Assembly: GCA_965198895.1 (NCBI GenBank)
Contig: OZ240676.1
Coordinates: 474,400-538,399 of the forward strand
DNA length: 64,000 nt
Direction: 5' to 3'
Source: Acetobacteraceae bacterium
GTDB lineage: Bacteria > Pseudomonadota > Alphaproteobacteria > Acetobacterales > Acetobacteraceae
Shown here: piece after piece, positions 57,115-64,000 of the stretch
Position numbering within the stretch: the stretch's first letter is position 1
Layout of the letters: the number at the start of each line of letters is the position of its first letter
Notes under the pieces: model-generated
The model's database searches: none
What the model was told of the DNA's origin: nothing
Seen by the model: only the letters and a program-made list of their open reading frames with translations
Position numbers and translations under genes: made by a program

Positions 57115-58094
57115 TGTCCCCGAGCATCTGCGTGTTCGGCGCCGGCGCGATCGGCGGCTACCTGGCCGCCAAGCTGGAAGCGGCGGGCACCAAGGTCTCG
57201 ATCGTGGCTCGCGGACCTCATTTGGCGGCCGTGCAGCAGGGCGGGCTGGTGCTGCAATCCAGCGGCGAGCGGATCGTCACCCGGCCGAACGCGGTGGCGC
57301 ATGGCGACGCGATCGGCCCCCAGGACTACCTGCTGATCACGCTGAAGGCGCATTCGCTCGAACCGGCGCTGCCGCAATTGGCGCCGCTGATCGGGCCCGG
57401 CACCACCATCGTCAGCGCGGTGAACGGCGTACCCTGGTGGTATACCTACCGCCTGCCCGCGCCGTTCGCCGATCGCCGGATCACCGCCATCGACCCGGAT
57501 GGCGCGTTGTGCGCCGCGCTGCCCCCGGCGCAATGCCTGGGATGCATCGTCTACCCAGCCGCGACCGTTCCCACCCCCGGCGTGGTCGACCACACCTATG
57601 GCGACCGCTTCAGCCTCGGCGAACCCAGCGGCGAGCGCTCCGAGCGGGCCAGCACGCTCTCGGCCCTGATGATCGCGGCCGGCCTGAAAGCCCCCGTCCG
57701 CCCCCGCATCCGCGACGAGCTTTGGGTGAAGCTGTGGGGCAACATGGCGTTTAACCCGATCAGCGCGCTCACCACCGCGACGCTGGACGTGATCACCAGC
57801 GATCCCGGCAGTCGCGAGGTGGCGCGCGCCATGATGCTGGAGGGCCAGGCGGTGGCCGAGGCGCTCGGCACCCGGTTCACGCTGGATGTGGACAAGCGCA
57901 TCGAGGGCGCGGCCGAGGTCGGACGGCACAAGACGTCGATGCTGCAGGACCTGGAACTTGGCCGCCCCTTGGAGATCGAGGCGATCCTGGGCGCGGTGGT
58001 GGAGATGGCCGGCTGGGTCGACCTGCCCACACCGATCAGCCGCGCAATGTTGGCGCTGGTTCGGCAGCGTGCCGCGATGCGGGCCGGCATCTAG
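57114..58094 (+). CDS. panE: Ketopantoate reductase family, probable oxalyl-CoA reductase (PanE2-like)
   Basis: GAGAIGG, NGVPWWY, KLWGN..FNPISALT, HKTSMLQDL; coupled to the ligase. Confidence 0.82.
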   Translation: MSPSICVFGAGAIGGYLAAKLEAAGTKVSIVARGPHLAAVQQGGLVLQSSGERIVTRPNAVAHGDAIGPQDYLLITLKAHSLEPALPQLAPLIGPGTTIVSAVNGVPWWYTYRLPAPFADRRITAIDPDGALCAALPPAQCLGCIVYPAATVPTPGVVDHTYGDRFSLGEPSGERSERASTLSALMIAAGLKAPVRPRIRDELWVKLWGNMAFNPISALTTATLDVITSDPGSREVARAMMLEGQAVAEALGTRFTLDVDKRIEGAAEVGRHKTSMLQDLELGRPLEIEAILGAVVEMAGWVDLPTPISRAMLALVRQRAAMRAGI

Positions 58095-58168
58095 GGGGCG
58101 AGCGAGTCAGGTCGAGCCGGCCGGAAATCGTCGTTGCGAGCCAACCGAGCGGAATTCCATGTTCGTGT

Positions 58169-58204
58169 TGCATTGCAGCAATTTCGCTCTTGTGCATCGC
58201 AGCA
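58169..58204 (+). promoter_or_regulatory. Two tandem PhaR-like boxes
   Basis: TGCATTGCAGCA (58169-58180) and TGCATCGCAGCA (58193-58204). Confidence 0.55.
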
Positions 58205-58270
58205 TGAACGCCTATGTAGGGTTCACCAACAAGGAAACGTCCTTCCGTATCTCTCGAAAGGACCTCGACA

Positions 58271-58438
58271 ATGGATCTATTTCAGCAATCCGGCGAAGCG
58301 ATGCTGTTGGCCCAGGAAGGCCAGCGCCAGATCGCACATGCCATCGCCGCCAAGGTGGGCAGCTGGATTTCTCGCTTCAAGGCTTGGCAGTCGGCAATGC
58401 CGATCACGCTGCCGCCGACCGAGTCGCATAGCCGCTGA
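58271..58438 (+). CDS. Small protein, 55 aa (absent from the supplied ORF track)
   Basis: AAGGA SD 8 nt upstream; MDLFQQSGEAMLLAQEGQRQIAHAIAAKVGSWISRFKAWQSAMPITLPPTESHSR. Confidence 0.65.
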   Translation: MDLFQQSGEAMLLAQEGQRQIAHAIAAKVGSWISRFKAWQSAMPITLPPTESHSR

Positions 58439-59053
58439 TCAGCGCCTCTCTCCACCTCGCACCGCAACGGAAATTCGGTTTTCCGGCGGTGCGAGGGGGC
58501 AGATGTAACGCTCCGAGTAGCTGCAGGATGGGTTGTAGGCGAAGTTGAAGTCCAACACCGTGCGACCGTCCGCATCGCTCCCGAGATCGGCGCCCTTGAT
58601 GGTGTCGAGCAAGTAGCGCCCCCCGCCGTAGGTCTCGCGGCCATTCGTCGCGTCCGAGAACGGCAAGAACACGCCGCCTCCATAGGCCTCGATCCAGAAC
58701 AAAGTCAGTTCCCGGCCAAGCGCGACCTGCAAGCCGATCGTGCGAGCGAAGGGACGCAGCCGAACATCCCCGTCGGCCCCGGCCGGGCTGAGAAACGATG
58801 GCTCGTCGACCGCGCGAAGACCGACCGTAAACCGCAGGTCCGGGTCGTAGCCAAAGAATGGCAGCGCCTCGAAATTCGCCCACTGGTGGGCTTCCAGTGG
58901 TGATTGGGCATGCGACCGGAACAGCGCGTCCCGTGCCGTCCGCCACACCGCCCAGCCGGCGGCGGCATCCGGACCGTCACGCAACTCGGCATAGATCGCA
59001 CCAACCTGGCGCCGCCAGTCCCATAGGCTGGCGTAACCCGGATCGTCAGGCAT
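58439..59053 (-). CDS. DUF1684 domain protein
   Basis: WR..RD.LF..H.QSPL, FLPFSDATNGRETYGGGRYL, LDFNFAYNPSC.Y...Y.CPLAP.EN. Confidence 0.9.
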   Translation of the reverse strand: MPDDPGYASLWDWRRQVGAIYAELRDGPDAAAGWAVWRTARDALFRSHAQSPLEAHQWANFEALPFFGYDPDLRFTVGLRAVDEPSFLSPAGADGDVRLRPFARTIGLQVALGRELTLFWIEAYGGGVFLPFSDATNGRETYGGGRYLLDTIKGADLGSDADGRTVLDFNFAYNPSCSYSERYICPLAPPENRISVAVRGGERR

Positions 59054-59732
59054 CCACGCGGGATGGCTCCAGGACCAGGCTTTGCAAGCTGCGAACCACC
59101 TCGGCCGGCTCCAGCCGGCGATGGGCGACAGGCTCCACATGGGCGCGGACGACCAGGCCGTCGGCACCGATGATGAACGTGGCCGGCAATGGCACCCGCC
59201 AATCGCCGGTGCGGTTCAATTGGGGCAGGTCGTGACCGAGCCGCGCATAGAGCCGGCGCAGCGCCGGGGCCAGTTCGTAGGCGACGCCATACCGGTCGGC
59301 CACCTCGTTACCCTGGTCGGACAAGACCGGAAACGCCAGCAGATCGCGCTCGGCGACAGCGCTGCAGCTGCCCTCCTGCTGCGGCGTGATGGCAAGCAGA
59401 TGGGCGCCGGCAGCTTCCATCGCCGGGAGCGCGTCCTGATACGCCCGCAAGGTCAATGTGCAGAACGGACACCAGCCACCGCGTATGAACAACACCACCA
59501 CAGGCCCGTGCGCCAACAGATCCGCCAGCCGCACGATCCGGCCATGTTGGTCCGGCAGCGCAAAGTCGGGTGCGGGCTCGCCGGCATCCGGCGACTTGCG
59601 GCCATCCGCGTTGGCGCGCAAATCCTCTGCCGCGTGGAGGATCGCCAGCCGATCCGCCGCTGGCAACCGCGCGAGGAGGCCGGCCCGAAAGGCCTCCAAC
59701 TGTCGGGTAAGGGGTGTTTCACCTATGTGCAT
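59046..59732 (-). CDS. Peroxiredoxin-like AhpC/TSA family protein
   Basis: APDFALPD..G, FIRGGWCPFC, LPATFIIG. Confidence 0.9.
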   Translation of the reverse strand: MHIGETPLTRQLEAFRAGLLARLPAADRLAILHAAEDLRANADGRKSPDAGEPAPDFALPDQHGRIVRLADLLAHGPVVVLFIRGGWCPFCTLTLRAYQDALPAMEAAGAHLLAITPQQEGSCSAVAERDLLAFPVLSDQGNEVADRYGVAYELAPALRRLYARLGHDLPQLNRTGDWRVPLPATFIIGADGLVVRAHVEPVAHRRLEPAEVVRSLQSLVLEPSRVDA

Positions 59733-59827
59733 GGCTGACCCAATCTTAGCGAACATTGACACGTTCGCCTACTGCAATCTCGGTGGCGGCGTTGGCATCG
59801 GTAAGCGTGACATCGCGGATAAGACCA

Positions 59828-59842
59828 ATGCAGGGGCAGCAT
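59828..59842. promoter_or_regulatory. LysR-type recognition site
   Basis: ATGC-N7-GCAT (T-N11-A) in the divergent AhpC-like/lysR gap. Confidence 0.5.
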
Positions 59843-59847
59843 AAGTT

Positions 59848-60762
59848 ATGGACGTACTCGCGGCGTTCCGCGTGTTCGTGCGCGTCGCTGAGTCGCAATC
59901 CTTCTCCGCCGTCGCTCGGGAGATGGGCACCACGCAACCGGCCGTGTCCCGCCAGGTCGCCGCTTTGGAGGAGCATCTCGGCGCCCGGCTCATCCAGCGC
60001 ACGACCCGCAGCCTCGGCCTGACGGAGGATGGGCGGGACCTGCTGGGCCATGCCCGCCGGGTGCTGGACACCGTGGAGGAAGCGGAGGCTTCGGTAGGCC
60101 GCCGCCACAATATGCCCGGCGGTCTGGTGCGGCTCGGCACGTCGTCCACCTTCGGCCGGCTCTACGTGGCACCCCGCATCCCGCGCCTGCTGGAGCGCTA
60201 TCCGGAGTTGTCGCTCGAACTCCGCATGTCGGACGGCGTCTCCGACATCGTGGCGGAGGGCATCGACCTCGCGATCCGGGTCAGTGCGGTGCAGGATTCG
60301 AGCCTTGTGGCTCGCAAGATCGGGTCCTACCGCCGGGTGGCCGTCGCATCGCAATCCTGCATCGCCGAGTTCGGCGAGCCGCAGCATCCGGCCGAACTCG
60401 CCCGCCTGCCCTGCATCGTGTTCACCGGCGGGGCGAACCCCGGCGAGTGGCGCTTCGAGAGCCCGGACGGCCCGGTGACCGTCAACGTGTCCGGCCGGTT
60501 CCGCACCGACAATGGCGAGGGCGTGCGCGAGGCGGTGCTCGCCGGGGTGGGGTTCGCAGTGTTGCCGATCTGGTTCTTCGGCACCGAACTCTCGGATGGC
60601 CGGCTGCAGCCGATCCTGACCGGCTGGGAACCGCCGCGCAACGCGATCTCCGCCGTCTACCCCTCGCGGCGCAACCTGGCGCCGCGGGTGCGGGCGGTGA
60701 TCGATTACTTCCTCGATGAGTTCCGGATCGACCCGATCATCTCATCCTACGGCGAGGCTTGA
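59848..60762 (+). CDS. LysR family transcriptional regulator
   Basis: FVRVAESQSFSAVARE, VSRQVAALEEHLGARL..RTTR, DLAIR. Confidence 0.96.
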   Translation: MDVLAAFRVFVRVAESQSFSAVAREMGTTQPAVSRQVAALEEHLGARLIQRTTRSLGLTEDGRDLLGHARRVLDTVEEAEASVGRRHNMPGGLVRLGTSSTFGRLYVAPRIPRLLERYPELSLELRMSDGVSDIVAEGIDLAIRVSAVQDSSLVARKIGSYRRVAVASQSCIAEFGEPQHPAELARLPCIVFTGGANPGEWRFESPDGPVTVNVSGRFRTDNGEGVREAVLAGVGFAVLPIWFFGTELSDGRLQPILTGWEPPRNAISAVYPSRRNLAPRVRAVIDYFLDEFRIDPIISSYGEA

Positions 60763-60835
60763 GCGTCCCGATGGCAAGATGATCCCCTTCCCCACTCCGC
60801 TCCCGCGAGGGCCCTCGTGGGCGGGGGAGATTAGG

Positions 60836-62044
60836 TCAGCTTCGGTAGGACCCGTTGATGTCGATGTAGCCGTGGGTCAGGTCGCACGTCCAGGCGGTGG
60901 CGCGGCCGTCGCCCAGCCCAAGATCGACCGCGATTTCAATCTCGTGCCCCTTCATGTGCGCCACCACCGGTGCTTCGTCGTAGCCAGGCACCACCGTGCC
61001 ATCGCGCGCCATCCACGTGCCGCCGACGCCGACCGAGAGGCGGTCGCGATCGGCTGGTTCACCGGCTTTGCCCACCGCCATCACGATGCGGCCCCAGTTC
61101 GCGTCCTCGCCGGCGATCGCGGTCTTCACCAAGGGCGAGTTGGCCACCGCCATCGCAACCCGCTTGGCCGAACCGTTATCCACCGCGCCGGCCACGTCGA
61201 TCCGCACCAGCTTCTGCGCACCCTCGCCGTCGCGGATCACCTGCAGCGCCAGATCCAGCAACACCGCGTCGAGCGCCTTGGCAAAAGCGGTCGTATCACC
61301 CTCCGGATTGCCGGCGGCGCCGGTGGCGAACAGCAGCACGGTGTCGCTGGTGGAGGTGTCGCTGTCGACCGTGGTGCAGTTGAAACTGCGGTCGGTGCCA
61401 GCCGCCAGCATGGATTGCAGCGCCGCCGCCGGGATCTTGGCATCGGTGAAGACGAAGCACAGCATCGTCGCCATGTCGGGCGCGATCATGCCGCTGCCCT
61501 TAGCGAAACCGGTGATCCGAACCGCCGTGCCGCCGATCTCCACCGTGCGGGTCGACGCCTTGGGGAAGGTGTCGGTCGTCATGATCCCGCGGGCGGCGGC
61601 TTCCCAGTTTTCGGCTGCCAGCGTGGCGTGGAGCGCGGGCAGCGCTGTGGTGATGCGCTCGTGGGGAAGTACCTCGCCGATCACGCCGGTGCTGGCCAGG
61701 AACACCTCCGTCGGCCGGCAGCCAAGCAGGCTGGCCGCGGCGTCGGCCGTCGCCTGCGTGGTCTCGCGGCCGCGTGCGCCGGTGAACACGTTGGCGTTGC
61801 CGGCGTTCACCACCACGCCCCGCGCCGTGCCCCCGGCGAGGGCTGCGCGGCACCAATCGATCGGCGCACCCGGGCATTTGTTGCGGGTGAACACGCCGGC
61901 AACGGTGGTGCCCGGTGCCAGCGCGATCATCACCAGGTCGGTCCGGCCCTTGTAGCGAATGCCCGCCGCGGCAGCCCCGAGCCTCACGCCCCCGAGCGGC
62001 GGCAGCGCCGGAAGGGCCACCGCCAGCGGCGAGACCTTCGCCAT
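60836..62044 (-). CDS. argJ: Bifunctional ornithine acetyltransferase/N-acetylglutamate synthase
   Basis: GVFTRN, NAGNAN..TG, STGVIGE, KGSGMIAPDMATML, DTSTSD, DGEGA, WTCDLTHGYIDINGSYRS. Confidence 0.97.
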   Translation of the reverse strand: MAKVSPLAVALPALPPLGGVRLGAAAAGIRYKGRTDLVMIALAPGTTVAGVFTRNKCPGAPIDWCRAALAGGTARGVVVNAGNANVFTGARGRETTQATADAAASLLGCRPTEVFLASTGVIGEVLPHERITTALPALHATLAAENWEAAARGIMTTDTFPKASTRTVEIGGTAVRITGFAKGSGMIAPDMATMLCFVFTDAKIPAAALQSMLAAGTDRSFNCTTVDSDTSTSDTVLLFATGAAGNPEGDTTAFAKALDAVLLDLALQVIRDGEGAQKLVRIDVAGAVDNGSAKRVAMAVANSPLVKTAIAGEDANWGRIVMAVGKAGEPADRDRLSVGVGGTWMARDGTVVPGYDEAPVVAHMKGHEIEIAVDLGLGDGRATAWTCDLTHGYIDINGSYRS

Positions 62045-62045
62045 C

Positions 62046-63068
62046 CTACTTGGGAACGGCCGGCGTGGTGCCCGGCGTCGGCGGCAGGTCGGTGGTGGGC
62101 GTGGAGGTCGGGTTCGGCGGCACCGTCGCGGAGGCGGCATCGGCCGTCATCGGCGTGCCGTCCATGTTGAACTTCTGGATGGTCAAACCCTGCCGCGCCT
62201 GGTCCAGCGCCTTGCGGACGCCGGCCTGGATGATTTGCTGGCGGATCTCGTCCTTGGCCTGGTCGAAGGTGGGCGGCGGGGCCGTGCGGGTGTCGATCAC
62301 CTTGATCACGTGCCAGCCGAACTGGGTGTGGACCGGGGTCTGGGTGACCTGGCCGGGCTTCAGCGCGAAGGCGGCATTGGCGAATTCCGGCACCATGTCC
62401 GTCTTCTTGAAGTAGCCGAGGTCGCCGCCGTTCTGCGCGCCCGGATCCTTGCTGTTGGCTTTGGCCAAAGCCGCGAAATCACCGCCATGGTTCAGCTGGT
62501 CGATGATCTTCTTCGCCTGGTCCTCGTTGTCGACCAGGATGTGCATGGCATGCACTTCCTCCTCGCCGGGCTTCTTGGCGTAGTCGGCGTCGTATTTGGC
62601 GTGGATCGCGGCATCGGTCACGGTCGGGGCGATGTCGCGGCTTAGGATGGCGTTCTGCAGCACCGTGTCGGTGGCCCGGCCGATCGCGCGCTGCACCTGC
62701 GGATCCTTCTCGAGCCCTTCTTTCTCCGCCTCGATGACGAGCGCTTCGCGGTCCACCATCTGGTCCAGCAGCATCGGGTAGAGTACCTGCGGCGGCATGG
62801 ACCGAACCTCGTCCGGCAGGGTCTGCGCGGCCTCGGACACGTCGCTGAGGTGCAGTTCGCGGTTGTTCACCTTGGCGACCACCGGGTCGGCCGGAGGCTG
62901 GGCCGCGGTAGGGGCGGTGCTGGCCGCAGGCGGCACGACCGATGGCTTCTGGCTCGTTGACGGTTGGGTCGTTGACGGTTGGGTCGTTGACGGTTGAGCC
63001 GATGGCGTCTGGGCCATGGCGGCGGGGGTGCAGAGCAGGGCGGCCGCGATGGCGAGCGACAGGCGCAT
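62046..63068 (-). CDS. Parvulin/PpiC-type peptidylprolyl isomerase (PrsA-like)
   Basis: Signal peptide, HAMHILV, FAALAK..S.D, GGDLG.F, MVPEF..AAF, TQFGWHVIK. Confidence 0.92.
   Translation of the reverse strand: MRLSLAIAAALLCTPAAMAQTPSAQPSTTQPSTTQPSTSQKPSVVPPAASTAPTAAQPPADPVVAKVNNRELHLSDVSEAAQTLPDEVRSMPPQVLYPMLLDQMVDREALVIEAEKEGLEKDPQVQRAIGRATDTVLQNAILSRDIAPTVTDAAIHAKYDADYAKKPGEEEVHAMHILVDNEDQAKKIIDQLNHGGDFAALAKANSKDPGAQNGGDLGYFKKTDMVPEFANAAFALKPGQVTQTPVHTQFGWHVIKVIDTRTAPPPTFDQAKDEIRQQIIQAGVRKALDQARQGLTIQKFNMDGTPMTADAASATVPPNPTSTPTTDLPPTPGTTPAVPK
62955..62999 (-). repeat. In-frame 15-bp tandem repeat (QPSTT x3) in the PPIase N-terminal linker
   Basis: CGTTGACGGTTGGGT x2 + CGTTGACGGTTGAGC. 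Confidence 0.8.
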
Positions 63069-63250
63069 GGGTTTCGAGCCTCGGATTCTAATTTCGCCGC
63101 TTATGACCGAACACTTTGCAATCGCCAAGTTGCCCAGCCGTTAAGATGGCGTAAGTGATAGGGCGGAGGATACTGCGCCCGATGCCGTGCGTTGACCGCG
63201 GGCAGCGCGGTGCCTATCTCAGGCCCGCCCCGCCATACACCGGAAACCTC

Positions 63251-64000
<750 letters not shown>

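Overview
GC-rich alphaproteobacterial chromosome segment (Acetobacteraceae-like by gene content and order; inference). It is mostly housekeeping and metabolic DNA: treZ-malQ-treY-otsA, an acyl-CoA catabolic cluster, lepA, glgX, a leuCD-like/PEP-mutase-family module, gatCAB, ruvX, a probable oxalate module (acyl-CoA synthetase + PanE-type reductase), argJ, a PPIase and secA. No CRISPR array, rRNA or intact mobile element is visible. The standout is a ~7 kb accessory block (about 25.3-32.4 kb) at the 3' end of tRNA-Ser(GGA), bounded on the far side by a decayed ISAzo13 fragment. It encodes BlaI, a BlaR1/M56 protease with an unrecognised C-terminal domain, a signal-peptide protein made of TonB_C plus the same unrecognised domain, TolQ/ExbB, TolR/ExbD and a TonB. 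Matching BlaI-type palindromes (GCTACA-N3-YGTARC) lie upstream of both blaI and the TonB_C gene. This suggests a possibly undescribed BlaR-controlled TonB signalling/transport system; its function is inferred, not shown. Other observations: a 55-aa sORF missing from the ORF track with two PhaR-like boxes, three intergenic palindromic repeat families, a tailspike-like secreted beta-helix protein, a stand-alone HExxH protein and a gene inserted in the gat operon. No database searches could be run, so all family calls come from motif recognition.
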